Below, piece after piece: positions 31,371-42,335 of a stretch of 64,000 nt of DNA. The notes beneath the pieces were generated by a model. It was not told the DNA's origin and did not search any database. It was given only the letters and a program-made list of their open reading frames with translations. Numbering within the stretch: the first letter of the stretch is position 1; each line of letters opens with the position of its first letter. Source of the DNA: Bacillota bacterium. GTDB lineage: Bacteria > Bacillota > Clostridia > Clostridiales > Clostridiaceae. Position numbers and translations under genes: made by a program. The DNA is taken from assembly GCA_023424785.1 (NCBI GenBank), contig JAFADP010000005.1:19905-83904 (forward strand), given 5' to 3'.

Positions 31371-32369
31371 CTATCTTGTACTTTCTCTCTTAATTAACTC
31401 ATAGTTTAATACATAGTGACCATTTTCTAATTCTCTCTTATTAAGAATCTTTATTAACATTCTCACTGCAACAGATCCCATATCATAACTTGGTTGTGAT
31501 ATAGTTGTTAGTTTTGGATAGAATATTCCACCTAAAACATTATTATTAAATCCGATAACACTTACATCTTCTGGTACTCTAATACCTTTTTCTCTTAATG
31601 CATCTATAGCTCCCATAGCAATCTCATCAGAGGCACAAACTATTCCATCAAACTCTTTACCTGCTTCTGTAAACCTTTGTATTGCTTCATAACCTGCTTT
31701 TACAGTAAGATTCTTAAAGTAAGTTAAGTCTTTATCAAAACTTAATCCTGCTTCACTTAAAGCACTTTTATATCCTATATATCTTTCACCCCATGCATTC
31801 ATAGTAGTTTCATTTACACCTATAAACGCTAATTTTTTAATTCCGCTTTCTATTAAATATTTAGTTCCTTCATAAGATGCTGATACATTATCAATAGATA
31901 CACTTGGAAATTTTCCTTCTTTATCTTTTGTTTCAACTAATACAGTCTTTAAATCAAGTTCATTTATTAAGTCTAAAATTTCTTCATTTAGAGAACTACT
32001 TATGTAAATTACTCCATCAACCATTTTTTCCTTAAGAACTTTTAAGTACTCTTTTTCTTTTTCTATATCGAAGTCTGAGTTACATAATATAATATTATAA
32101 TTATATATATTTGCAACATCTTCAGCACCTCTAACTATATCTGGATAAAACTGACTTGCTATATCAGGTATTAATATTCCTATCGTACTTGTCTTTTGTG
32201 TCTTTAAGCTTCTCGCTACTATATTAGGTCTATATCCTAATTTGCTTATGGCATCTAATACTTTCTTTTTTGTATCTTCATTTACAACATCGATATCATT
32301 TAACACTCTAGAAACGGTAGCAATAGAAACCCCTGCTTCTCTCGCTACATCTTTAATGGAAGTTGCCAT
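31371..32369 (-). CDS. ccpA: LacI-family catabolite control protein (clostridial CcpA/RegA)
   Basis: IKDVAREAGVSIATVSRVLN HTH, YRPNIVARSL; position next to ileS matches what I recall for clostridial ccpA. Confidence 0.85.
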   Translation of the reverse strand: MATSIKDVAREAGVSIATVSRVLNDIDVVNEDTKKKVLDAISKLGYRPNIVARSLKTQKTSTIGILIPDIASQFYPDIVRGAEDVANIYNYNIILCNSDFDIEKEKEYLKVLKEKMVDGVIYISSSLNEEILDLINELDLKTVLVETKDKEGKFPSVSIDNVSASYEGTKYLIESGIKKLAFIGVNETTMNAWGERYIGYKSALSEAGLSFDKDLTYFKNLTVKAGYEAIQRFTEAGKEFDGIVCASDEIAMGAIDALREKGIRVPEDVSVIGFNNNVLGGIFYPKLTTISQPSYDMGSVAVRMLIKILNKRELENGHYVLNYELIKRESTR

Positions 32370-32471
32370 AGTTATCCCTCCTATTTATTTTCTTTTAATT
32401 ATTTAATTATACATATATATTTTCATAAAAACAAGAATGTTTAGTAATTATTTAAAACAATAAATAATTAT

Positions 32472-32507
32472 AATAGGGCTAGTATTTATCCACATACTAG
32501 CCCTATT
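32472..32507 (-). terminator. Terminator of ileS
   Basis: AATAGGGCTAGTAT-N8-ATACTAGCCCTATT. Confidence 0.85.
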
Positions 32508-32511
32508 ACTT

Positions 32512-35500
32512 CTACTTATTTATTTCTACATCTAAGTTTAACTTTTCACCATTTATAATAGTTTCTGTGTATTCTCTATCACTATCAACTACTATATTTA
32601 CTGTTAAAGTTTCTTTCTTAATTGAATCTTTGAATTTTTCTATTACATTAATTAACATATCATTTCCTGATACATATAAGTTAATCTTATCTGCAACTTC
32701 AAATCCCTTTTCTTTTCTCATATTTTGAACCTTAGAGATTATTTCTCTTAAGTGACCTTCTTCTCTTAATTCATCAGTTATATGTGTATCAAGTACTACA
32801 CCAATTTCACCTTCACCTGCAAATGCATATCCTTCAAGACCTTGCATTGTAACAAGAAGATTTTCTGAATTTAACTCAATTTCTGTACCATCAACATTTA
32901 TTATTTCTGTAGCACCACTTCTTATCTTTTGAGCTAATTCCATTTGATTTCTTGCTGCTATCTCTTTTCTTATTCCTGGAATCATCTTACCATAAGCTCT
33001 TCCAAGTACAGGTAAGTTAGGTTTTATTTCAAAGTTAACATACTTAGATAAATCTGCTCCAAATTTAATATTTTTAATATTTAATTCGTTAGTTACTATA
33101 TCACCATAGTATTCTGGAATAGAATCTGTAGAAACTAAAATTTCTGAAAGTGGCTGTCTATTCTTAATGTTAGCACCATTTCTAGCACTTCTACCAAGCT
33201 TAACTATTGTATAAGCTAAATCCATTTCTTTTTCTAAGTCTTTATTTATAGCACTTTCATCAACTTCTGGCCACATAGTTAAGTGAATACTTTCTTCTGC
33301 TGATGAATCTAAATTAAATACTAAGTTTTGATATATCTCTTCAGTTATAAATGGAACAAATGGTGCTGCAACCTTTGATAAAGTTACTAAAACTCTATAT
33401 AAAGTTACATATGCTCCTATCTTATCATCAGTTAATTGTTCTGACCAATATCTTGATCTATTTCTTCTTACGTACCAGTTAGATAATTCATCTGTAAATT
33501 CTTCTATTTGAAGAGCTGCTCCTGTTATATCATAAGAATCTAACTTTGAATCTACATCCTTAACTAATGTATTTAGCTTAGACATAATCCACTTATCCAT
33601 TACATTTTCTGACTTGAACTCTTTATATTCTAATGGATTAAAGTTATCTATATCTGCATATAAAACATAGAATGAATATACATTCCATAATGTACTTAAG
33701 AACTTTCTTTGAGCTTCTCCAACATCATCTATAGAGAATCTAGTTGGTAACCATGGTGCACTTGCAGTGTAGAAATGCCATCTTGTAGCATCTGCACCTT
33801 GAGAATTTAATACATCCATAGGTTCTACTACATTACCTTTAGATTTAGACATCTTTAAACCTTTCTTATCAAGAACGTGACCTAAAACTATACAATTTTC
33901 AAATGGATTTGTATCAAAAATTGCAGTTGATATTGCAAGTAATGTATAGAACCATCCTCTAGTTTGGTCAACAGCTTCTGATATAAATTGAGCTGGGAAG
34001 TTTTGCTCAAATAATTCCTTATTTTCAAATGGATAATGTAATTGTGCAAATGGCATTGAACCTGAGTCAAACCAGCAGTCTATAACTTCCTTAGTTCTAT
34101 GCATTTCCTTACCACACTTTTCACACTTTAAGTTAACATTATCTATATATGGCTTGTGAAGCTCTATATCTTCAGGCACATTTATACCTTTAGTTTTTAA
34201 CTCTTCTATGCTTCCTATACATTCTTTATGTCCGCATTCACATTCCCAAATTGGAAGTGGAGTTCCCCAATATCTATCTCTTGATATACCCCAGTCTATA
34301 ACATTTTCTAAGAACTTACCAAATCTACCTGTTCTTATGTTATCTGGATACCAGTTTATTTTATTATTATTTTCTAAAAGCTTATCTCTAAGCTTAGTCA
34401 TTGCAACAAACCAACCTTCTTTTGGATAGTAAAGAAGTGGTGTATCACATCTCCAACAGTGTGGATATGAGTGTAAATGTCTTTCTGATTTAAATAACTT
34501 ATTATTTTCTTCTAACCACTTACAAATGCTTTCATCACATTTTTTAACGAACTTTCCAGCCCATGGTGTAACTTCTTCTACAAACTTACCTTCTTTATCA
34601 ACTAAGTTAACGAAAGTAATTCCATTAGCTTTTGCTACTAAACTATCATCTTCACCATATGCAGGTGCTATATGAACTATACCAGTACCATCTGATAAAG
34701 TTACATAATCACCGTGGATTACTTCAAACGCTTTTCCTTCAACCTTAGCAAAAGGCATTAATTGTTCATACTTAGTTCCTAATAGTTCACTACCATTAAA
34801 TTCTCTTACTATTTCATATTCTTCTCCAAGAACCTTATCTGCTAAATCTTTAGCTAATACGTAAACTTCATCTCCAACCTTAGCTTCAATATATGTATAA
34901 GCTTTGTTAACACATAATGCTAAGTTTGATGGTAATGTCCATGGTGTTGTTGTCCAAGCTAAAATATATTTATTTTCTTCACCTACAACTTTAAATTTTG
35001 CAATACAAGTTAAATCTTTAACATCTTTATATCCTTGTGCTACTTCGTGAGAAGAAAGAGCAGTTCCACATCTTGGGCAATATGGCATAACTTTATGTCC
35101 TTCATAAAGAAGTCCCTTATCCCACATTTGTTTTAAAGCCCACCAAACTGATTCAATATATGGATTATGATATGTTACATATGGATCATCCATATCAACC
35201 CAATATCCTATTTTATCAGTCATCTTTTCCCACATAGATACATATGTGAATACACTGTCCTTACATTCTTTAACAAACTTTTCTACACCATATGCTTCTA
35301 TTTGTTCTTTTCCTGAAATACCTAATTTCTTTTCTATTTCAAGTTCTACTGGTAGTCCGTGAGTATCCCAACCAGCTTTTCTTATAACTTTATATCCCTT
35401 CATAACTTTATATCTTGGGATTATGTCTTTCATTACTCTTGTTAAGATATGTCCCACATGTGGCTTTCCATTAGCTGTTGGAGGACCATCGTAAAAAGTA

Positions 35501-35622
35501 AAATATTCACCATCTTGATTCATATCAAAATTCTTTTTGATAACATGTCTTTCTTTCCAAAGGTTTGCTACATCACTTTCCATGCCAACAAAACCATTTG
35601 GTAATTCAACCTTTTTGTACAT
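32512..35622 (-). CDS. ileS: Isoleucine--tRNA ligase, type 2 (archaeal/eukaryote-like)
   Basis: [45 protein letters not shown]; 1036 aa with an IleRS2-type C-terminus and no C-terminal Zn finger. Confidence 0.97.
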   Translation of the reverse strand: MYKKVELPNGFVGMESDVANLWKERHVIKKNFDMNQDGEYFTFYDGPPTANGKPHVGHILTRVMKDIIPRYKVMKGYKVIRKAGWDTHGLPVELEIEKKLGISGKEQIEAYGVEKFVKECKDSVFTYVSMWEKMTDKIGYWVDMDDPYVTYHNPYIESVWWALKQMWDKGLLYEGHKVMPYCPRCGTALSSHEVAQGYKDVKDLTCIAKFKVVGEENKYILAWTTTPWTLPSNLALCVNKAYTYIEAKVGDEVYVLAKDLADKVLGEEYEIVREFNGSELLGTKYEQLMPFAKVEGKAFEVIHGDYVTLSDGTGIVHIAPAYGEDDSLVAKANGITFVNLVDKEGKFVEEVTPWAGKFVKKCDESICKWLEENNKLFKSERHLHSYPHCWRCDTPLLYYPKEGWFVAMTKLRDKLLENNNKINWYPDNIRTGRFGKFLENVIDWGISRDRYWGTPLPIWECECGHKECIGSIEELKTKGINVPEDIELHKPYIDNVNLKCEKCGKEMHRTKEVIDCWFDSGSMPFAQLHYPFENKELFEQNFPAQFISEAVDQTRGWFYTLLAISTAIFDTNPFENCIVLGHVLDKKGLKMSKSKGNVVEPMDVLNSQGADATRWHFYTASAPWLPTRFSIDDVGEAQRKFLSTLWNVYSFYVLYADIDNFNPLEYKEFKSENVMDKWIMSKLNTLVKDVDSKLDSYDITGAALQIEEFTDELSNWYVRRNRSRYWSEQLTDDKIGAYVTLYRVLVTLSKVAAPFVPFITEEIYQNLVFNLDSSAEESIHLTMWPEVDESAINKDLEKEMDLAYTIVKLGRSARNGANIKNRQPLSEILVSTDSIPEYYGDIVTNELNIKNIKFGADLSKYVNFEIKPNLPVLGRAYGKMIPGIRKEIAARNQMELAQKIRSGATEIINVDGTEIELNSENLLVTMQGLEGYAFAGEGEIGVVLDTHITDELREEGHLREIISKVQNMRKEKGFEVADKINLYVSGNDMLINVIEKFKDSIKKETLTVNIVVDSDREYTETIINGEKLNLDVEINK

Positions 35623-35654
35623 TTAATATGACTCCCTTCATACTTTTTTATAAA

Positions 35655-35915
35655 ATAAAAAAACTCCATCCGCTAAGGACGAAGTTAAAATTCGCTATAC
35701 CACCTATTGCAATAAAATCTAAATAAACTTAGACTATTAATTCAAGTACAATCATACTCTATCCCTTAACGCAGGCCAACGTGATAACTTACTAAGTAAA
35801 CTTTTCAGTCTCCAACTCCTAGGTGATTTTCGTTAAAATTCTATGTGACTTTACACCAACCAGTCACTCTCTTAAAGTAGAAAATTTAACTACTTTTCCT
35901 AATCATAGTCTTTGA
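35655..35915 (-). ncRNA. T-box riboswitch (Ile)
   Basis: Minus strand AGTA, AGAGA and GGTGTAA motifs; specifier GAAA-ATC (35825-35827); T-box AATAGGTGGTATAGCG (35693-35708); terminator AACTTCGTCC..GGATGGAGTT-T. Confidence 0.93.
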
Positions 35916-36163
35916 TTTTTATTATATAGTATATATTAAATATTTGTCAATTCTTCATTTAATAATAAAATTATTACTTCTAATACTAAATAACTTTATA
36001 AGCTCTTTTCTTATATAAATTATGACCATATTATATATTTATATACTCCCTTATTTAATAATAATTATTATTTAATATTGACTTCTTTTAATGTTAATGG
36101 TTTAATATATTTGAAGTTAGAAATAACTATCCAATTTAACTAACCATTTGTTGGAGGTTCATT

Positions 36164-36379
36164 ATGGAAAATAATATCACTGAACTGATACTTGACAAAA
36201 ACACAAAAGTTTGTGTTTGTAAGGCTATTTCAAGACATACAATTAAAGAAAGTATTAAAGCTGGTGCTAAAACTTTAGAAGAAGTTCAAAAAGCCACAGG
36301 AGCTGGAACAGGTTCTTGTAAAGGCTGTAGATGCAACCATGTAATACAAAACTTAATTGACTCAGATTCAAACAATTAA
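36164..36379 (+). CDS. BFD-like [2Fe-2S]-binding protein
   Basis: CVC-X31-CKGCRC with TGAGTGSC; GGAGG RBS. Confidence 0.9.
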   Translation: MENNITELILDKNTKVCVCKAISRHTIKESIKAGAKTLEEVQKATGAGTGSCKGCRCNHVIQNLIDSDSNN

Positions 36380-36408
36380 AAAAAATCCCTATTAATACTT
36401 ATATACGA

Positions 36409-36448
36409 AAAAGACCAAACTGTTTCCCTTAATCAGTTTGGTCTTTTT
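36409..36448. terminator. Bidirectional terminator between the BFD-like gene and aspartokinase
   Basis: AAAAGACCAAACTG..CAGTTTGGTCTTTT. Confidence 0.85.
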
Positions 36449-36453
36449 ATTAT

Positions 36454-37764
36454 CTAATTAAAAGCATTATATATAGCTCTTATTCCTTTTTCGAAATCAT
36501 CATTTTCTATTCCAACAAGAATATTCATTTCTGATGATCCTTGATCTATCATTCTTATATTAACATCAGCTTCTGCTAATGCAGTAAATACAGTTCCTGC
36601 TACACCCTTTTTCTTAGCCATCCCCTTACCAACAGTTGCAATTAACGCCATGTTTGGATGTACTAATATAGAATCTGGATTGCAAGCTCTCTTTATTTCT
36701 TCAACTATTTTTTCTCTTTTATTCTTAAGTTCACTGTCAGAAATAACAACACATACAGTATCTATTCCTGATGGCATATTTTCAAAAGAAACTCCATTCA
36801 TTTCTAAGACACCAAGAACTTTTCTACAGAATCCCATTTCAGAATTCATCATGGCTTTCTCTATTGATATAACTGTAAAGTCTTTTTTACCAGCAATACC
36901 TGTTAAAGTCTTACTATCATCATCACTTGTTTGAGAAACTATAAATGTTCCTTTATCTTCAGGTTTATTTGTATTCTTTATATTTATAGGTATTCCCGCT
37001 TCTCTTACAGGGAATATAGCATCTTCATGAAGTACTGATGCTCCCATATAAGCAAGTTCTCTTAATTCTTTATATGTAATTTCATCAATAGACTTTGGAT
37101 TTTCCACTATTCTAGGATCTGCCATTAAAAATCCTGATACATCTGTCCAATTTTCGTATAAATCAGCATTTATACTTGCAGCAACAAGAGCTCCAGTTAC
37201 ATCTGAACCGCCTCTTGAAAAAGTTATTATGTTTCCATCCTTATCTGCTCCATAAAAACCTGGAATTACTGCTTTAGTAGTCTTGTCCAATTTTTCTTTT
37301 AAAGCTAATTTTGTGGATTCAATATCTAATGAACCATCTTTAGTAAATAAAATTACATCTTTTGCATCTATAAATTTATAACCTAAATATTCAGCTAAGA
37401 TTAGTCCATTTAAATACTCTCCTCTACTAGCAGCATAATCTTTAGAAGCCCCATTCTCAAGATCTGTTTTAACTATTTCTAGGTATTTTTCAATATTAAA
37501 GCTTAATCCTAAATCTTTAACTATTTCTGTATATCTATCATGTACATACTTAAATACATCATCTAATGATATACCTATTTCAACATGTGATTGACACATA
37601 TATAGTAAATCAGTTATTTTAGTATCTTTACTATTTCTTTTTCCTGGTGCAGAAGGAACTACATACTTTCTTGAATCATCTGCCGTTAAAATATTTTTAA
37701 CTTTTTCAAATTGGCATGCATTTGCTAATGAACTTCCACCAAATTTTGTTACTACTGTTTTCAT
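36454..37764 (-). CDS. lysC: Aspartate kinase (aspartokinase III/YclM-like) with two ACT domains
   Basis: VTKFGGSS, SAPGKR, FSRGGSDVTG, WTDVSG..ADPR, GASVLH. Confidence 0.9.
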   Translation of the reverse strand: MKTVVTKFGGSSLANACQFEKVKNILTADDSRKYVVPSAPGKRNSKDTKITDLLYMCQSHVEIGISLDDVFKYVHDRYTEIVKDLGLSFNIEKYLEIVKTDLENGASKDYAASRGEYLNGLILAEYLGYKFIDAKDVILFTKDGSLDIESTKLALKEKLDKTTKAVIPGFYGADKDGNIITFSRGGSDVTGALVAASINADLYENWTDVSGFLMADPRIVENPKSIDEITYKELRELAYMGASVLHEDAIFPVREAGIPINIKNTNKPEDKGTFIVSQTSDDDSKTLTGIAGKKDFTVISIEKAMMNSEMGFCRKVLGVLEMNGVSFENMPSGIDTVCVVISDSELKNKREKIVEEIKRACNPDSILVHPNMALIATVGKGMAKKKGVAGTVFTALAEADVNIRMIDQGSSEMNILVGIENDDFEKGIRAIYNAFN

Positions 37765-38044
37765 TTATTATTGCCCCCATTTTATTTTTTATTATTCACT
37801 AAAATCCATTCTATCAATTTTTCAGATATTTTCAATAGTATTTTACATTTATTTCATTGTTTTTAATAACAATGGTACTTTTTTATTAACATATTAATTA
37901 GGTATCATTTATCAAACTATAAGTTTCCATTTTTGTAATTCATGAAATTACTTCTACATTTATAATATTTAAATTTCTACTTATATACCTATTCATTTAT
38001 TATTGTTATAATTATATAAGAATTTTTATTTAAAGGAGTTAATT

Positions 38045-39220
38045 ATGATAAGTAAATTTTATTTACATCAAGGCAAAAATAAAAAAGCAGAGAATGGTCG
38101 TCCTTGGATATATATTGATGAGATAAATGAATATGATGGTGATTATGAAAATGGTGATATTGTTGAAGTATATAACCATAAAAACTATTTCATAGGTAAA
38201 GGTTACATAAATGATAGAAGTAAAATAACTATCAGAATTATGACTAGAAATCAAAATGAAGAAATAAATAAAGAATTCTTTAGAAAAAGGCTTTTATCTG
38301 CATGGGAATATAGAAAAACAGTTATAGATACCTCTTCTTGTAGATTAGTTTTTGGAGAAGCTGATTTACTTCCTGGATTAACAATTGATAAATATGAAGA
38401 TTACTATGTAATTCAAATATCTACTTTAGGAATGGATAAATATAGAGATATAATTACTGAAATATTACTTGAAGATTTCAATGCAAAAGGAATATATGAA
38501 AGAAGTGATATTAAAACTAGAGAGATTGAAGGATTAGAGCAAAAGAAAGGATTCTTAACAGCTCCTTTTGATACTAATATTCAAATAGTTGAAAATGGAG
38601 TTAAGTACATAGTTGACTTAGAAAATGGTCAAAAGACTGGTTTCTTCTTAGACCAAAAAGAAAATAGAGCTGCTATACATAGAATTTGTAAAGATAAAGA
38701 TGTACTTGACTGCTTTACTCATACTGGATCATTTGCATTAAATGCAGGAATAGCTGGTGCTAAGTCTGTTCTTGGAATAGATGTTTCACAACATGCTGTA
38801 GATTGCGCTACAAGAAATGCTCAACTTAATAATCTACAAGATACTGTTAAATTTGAATGTCATAATGCATTTGATGTTCTTCCATTGTGGTCAAGAGAAG
38901 GTAGACAGTTTGATGTTGTTATACTAGACCCACCAGCATTCACAAAGTCAAGAAATACTATTAATGGAGCTAAAAGAGGATATAAAGAAATTAACCTTAG
39001 AGGATTAAAAATGGTTAAGCCAGGTGGTTATTTTATAACTTGCTCTTGTTCACATTATATGAGTGAAGAACTATTAAGATCTACAATTAGTGAAGCTGCT
39101 CATGATGCTCATAGAATTTTAAGACAGGTGGAATTTAGAACTCAATCATCAGATCACCCAATACTTTGGAATTCTGATGAAAGCTATTATCTAAAGTTCT
39201 TTGTTTTCCAAGTAGTATAA
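38045..39220 (+). CDS. PUA-domain class I SAM-dependent rRNA m5C methyltransferase (RlmI/YwbD family)
   Basis: GEAD.LPGL, GQKTGFFLDQ, LDCFTHTGSF, ILDPPAF, TCSCS. Confidence 0.92.
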   Translation: MISKFYLHQGKNKKAENGRPWIYIDEINEYDGDYENGDIVEVYNHKNYFIGKGYINDRSKITIRIMTRNQNEEINKEFFRKRLLSAWEYRKTVIDTSSCRLVFGEADLLPGLTIDKYEDYYVIQISTLGMDKYRDIITEILLEDFNAKGIYERSDIKTREIEGLEQKKGFLTAPFDTNIQIVENGVKYIVDLENGQKTGFFLDQKENRAAIHRICKDKDVLDCFTHTGSFALNAGIAGAKSVLGIDVSQHAVDCATRNAQLNNLQDTVKFECHNAFDVLPLWSREGRQFDVVILDPPAFTKSRNTINGAKRGYKEINLRGLKMVKPGGYFITCSCSHYMSEELLRSTISEAAHDAHRILRQVEFRTQSSDHPILWNSDESYYLKFFVFQVV

Positions 39221-39265
39221 AATATAGGAGATTTCTAACTTTAGAAATCTCCTAATTTATTAGTT

Positions 39266-39502
39266 CTAACCCTTATATAACTCAAATCTATATTTTTGTT
39301 TAGTTATGTTATCCTCTCTATTAACATCTATTTCTTCTAAAAACATATCTATAGGTCTAACAAACATTCCATATGGTGGATATAATGCTTGATATGATAC
39401 AAGAATTTCTCTAGTTTCTGTATGCTCTACAACACTATGAACATAATATAACTTTCCTTTAAAATGTCTATATGGTCGTTGAGCTTCTATTTTTCTATCC
39501 AT
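39266..39502 (-). CDS. DUF1653 domain protein
   Basis: YRHFKG..Y, HTETRE..V.YQALY, VRP..MF, QKYRF. Confidence 0.9.
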   Translation of the reverse strand: MDRKIEAQRPYRHFKGKLYYVHSVVEHTETREILVSYQALYPPYGMFVRPIDMFLEEIDVNREDNITKQKYRFELYKG

Positions 39503-39513
39503 TTTAACCTCTC

Positions 39514-40227
39514 TTACTTAACTATTACTAAATCTTTATATTCTGGTACTATATTTGTTATATTTTTTTGAATACAATATTCTATGTCATTTTCAAGGTT
39601 CAATCCCAACATAACATTATAATGTCTAGCTTCCTTAATATAGCTTATAATATCATCATTTTCTTTATATATCTTTAAAGCTGTATTAGCTATATCTGTT
39701 AATTCAATGGATTTTTTATTTTTCATCATTTCATTTATTATAAAGCCTGAACATATAAAATCATCCATAGAAAATTGTCCATTTGTCCCTGCATTAACTA
39801 TTACAACATCTTTATTTATTTCAATTAACTTTCTAGCAACAGCTCCTGCATTTATCATTGCTCCTATAAATATTCTATCTGCTGATGTACAACTTGTAAG
39901 TGTTCTTGTTCCATTTGTAGTAGTAATAATTATAGTTTTATCTTCTACTAGTTCTTTTGTATATTCAAGTGGAGAATTTGATAAATCAAATCCATCTATC
40001 TTTACCGCTCTTCTCTCTCCACCTAAAATACATTCATTTCTATTTAATAAATTTCTTTTTTCAAAAGCTTCTTCTACTGTTAATAAAGGAATAACTTCTT
40101 TGCATCCATTCATAAATGCAGTTGTTATAACAGATGTTGCTCTTAACATATCTATTACAACAACAATTTTATCTTTTATTAAATCTTCTCTTATATAATC
40201 TGCCGAAATAATAATATCTAATTTCAT
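39514..40227 (-). CDS. comB: 2-phosphosulfolactate phosphatase family protein
   Basis: VIDMLRATS, GGER..KIDGFDLSNSP, TTTNGT, FSMDD. Confidence 0.92.
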   Translation of the reverse strand: MKLDIIISADYIREDLIKDKIVVVIDMLRATSVITTAFMNGCKEVIPLLTVEEAFEKRNLLNRNECILGGERRAVKIDGFDLSNSPLEYTKELVEDKTIIITTTNGTRTLTSCTSADRIFIGAMINAGAVARKLIEINKDVVIVNAGTNGQFSMDDFICSGFIINEMMKNKKSIELTDIANTALKIYKENDDIISYIKEARHYNVMLGLNLENDIEYCIQKNITNIVPEYKDLVIVK

Positions 40228-40238
40228 TATACCCTCAC

Positions 40239-41165
40239 CTATTTAAAATTTTTTCCTTGATATATGTCATTATCTTCTAGTGACTTATCTATTGCATTTA
40301 ATACTTCCCATTTCTTTAGACTCCACATTGGCCCTATAAGTAAATCTCTCGGTGCATCCCCAGTTAATCTATGAACTACCATATCTTGAGGAAGCATAGC
40401 TATAGACTTACATATTAAATCTATATAATCTTCTTGAGATAAGAATTTTAAATTTCCACTCTCATATTCCTTTACTAAACGAGTCCCCTTCATTAAGTGT
40501 AATAAATGAAGCTTAATTCCAGTAGATCCACTATGAGCTATATAATCAACAGTCTTTAGCATATCTTCTTTTGTTTCACCAGGAAGTCCAAATATACAAT
40601 GTGTAACAAAATCTATACCTCTCTTCTTAAGTCCTTCTATCGCTTTGTCATATACCTCCAAATCATATCCTCTATTAAAACTTCTTGCAACTTCATCATT
40701 TATTGTTTGAAGTCCTAACTCTACCCATACATATAGCTTTTTATTTATTTCCTGTAATAAATCTAATACATCTTCATCTAGACAATCTGGTCTTGTTGCT
40801 ATTGCAAGTGCTACAACGCCTTCTTCCTTAATAGCCTCCTCATACTTTTCTCTTAATACCTCTACTGGTGCATAAGTATTAGTATATGCTTGAAAATAGG
40901 CTATATATTTTCCGTCCTTCCACTTCTTAGCCATCATATCTTTTATCTCAATAAATTGCTTATGTATTGAAAAGTCTCTATCTCCAGAAAAGTCACCTGA
41001 CCCTCTTGCACTACAAAATGTACATCCACCTTTACTTACCTTTCCATCTCTATTAGGACATGTAAAGCCAGCGTCTAATGATATTTTAAATACCTTTTCT
41101 CCAAATTTATTTCTTAGAAAATAGTTTAAACTATGATATCTTTTTCCATTCCAGTCTTTAATCAT
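40239..41165 (-). CDS. Radical SAM protein, TIGR01212/YhcC family
   Basis: GFTCPNRDG....GCTFC, YFQAYTNTY, ATRPDC, ELGLQT, HRLTGD. Confidence 0.93.
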   Translation of the reverse strand: MIKDWNGKRYHSLNYFLRNKFGEKVFKISLDAGFTCPNRDGKVSKGGCTFCSARGSGDFSGDRDFSIHKQFIEIKDMMAKKWKDGKYIAYFQAYTNTYAPVEVLREKYEEAIKEEGVVALAIATRPDCLDEDVLDLLQEINKKLYVWVELGLQTINDEVARSFNRGYDLEVYDKAIEGLKKRGIDFVTHCIFGLPGETKEDMLKTVDYIAHSGSTGIKLHLLHLMKGTRLVKEYESGNLKFLSQEDYIDLICKSIAMLPQDMVVHRLTGDAPRDLLIGPMWSLKKWEVLNAIDKSLEDNDIYQGKNFK

Positions 41166-41351
41166 CTTTTTCTCCTTTTTAATCTTCGTATATTCATATA
41201 ATACAACTATTGTTTAGTAGTTATCAATAAAAGTAAAATTTATAAAATTAATTTTTTATATGTAAAAAAAATCTACATATATTTCTTAATAATATGCAGA
41301 ATAAATATTATACTAATCATTTATTAAAATAATTATTTTAAGGAGTCTTTC

Positions 41352-42296
41352 ATGAAAAGGATTATTCCTAACAAAAGAAAAATAGCATTTAATAGAAAAA
41401 GGAGATGTAGAAATTTAATCTTATTACTACTTATATCTATAGTTATTTCAGAAACTTCTTACTTTTTAACATTTAAACTTAATAGATTAATTTGTAATGA
41501 ACCTAATGTCGATTACATATCTAAAGACTATAATAAAAGTAAGATATCTAAATCTGAAAGTAATGATTCTAACCTTCAAAGTACTGAAGTTATTAATACT
41601 GTTAATTCCTTTATGGATGATGCAGAATTTGTTTATAAATATCTATTCCAACAAACACAAGGAATAATGCCTGATGGAGCTAATGGTGATAAGATAGCAT
41701 ATTTAACATTTGATGATGGTCCCTCAGAGACTGTAACTCCTCTTATACTAGATATACTTAAAGAAAAAGAGGTTAAAGGAACCTTCTTTATCATTGGAAA
41801 GCAAATTAATTCAAGTCCCACATCAATAGAATTATTAAAAAGAATTCTTAACGAAGGTCACTCTATAGGTAATCATACTTTTTCACATGACTATAGTTTT
41901 TTATACCCTAACCAGTTTGCTAATATTAATAATATACTATCTGATATAGAAAAGACAAATATAGAGTTAAAACAAGTTCTTGGTGATGACTTTAAAACTC
42001 GTATTATTAGATTACCTGGTGGTAATATGTCATGGCATAATACTCAAGATATTGATAAAGTACTTAATAAAAACGGCTATTACTCAATAGATTGGAATGT
42101 AGTAAATGGTGATGCAGAAGGTAAAACTAAAAATGCAGATGAGTTGTTAGAACAAGTAAAGTTATCAATTAGAAACAGAGAAAAAGCAATTATACTAATG
42201 CATGATACATATGGAAAAGAAGAAACTGCTAAGGCTTTACCTAAAATAATAGATTTCTTAAGAGAGCAAGGATATGAATTTCATGTTATTAAATAA
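41352..42296 (+). CDS. Membrane-anchored polysaccharide (peptidoglycan) deacetylase, CE4/NodB
   Basis: TFDDGP, GNHTFSH, RLPGG, DWN, LMHD. Confidence 0.93.
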   Translation: MKRIIPNKRKIAFNRKRRCRNLILLLLISIVISETSYFLTFKLNRLICNEPNVDYISKDYNKSKISKSESNDSNLQSTEVINTVNSFMDDAEFVYKYLFQQTQGIMPDGANGDKIAYLTFDDGPSETVTPLILDILKEKEVKGTFFIIGKQINSSPTSIELLKRILNEGHSIGNHTFSHDYSFLYPNQFANINNILSDIEKTNIELKQVLGDDFKTRIIRLPGGNMSWHNTQDIDKVLNKNGYYSIDWNVVNGDAEGKTKNADELLEQVKLSIRNREKAIILMHDTYGKEETAKALPKIIDFLREQGYEFHVIK

Positions 42297-42335
42297 GAGT
42301 GGATATATCAATAAAGATTATCCACTCTTATTTAT

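Noticed and set aside
37765..38044. Lysine riboswitch upstream of aspartokinase
   Set aside because: No AGAGGUGC or GCCGAA motifs; the predicted leader is only about 40 nt.
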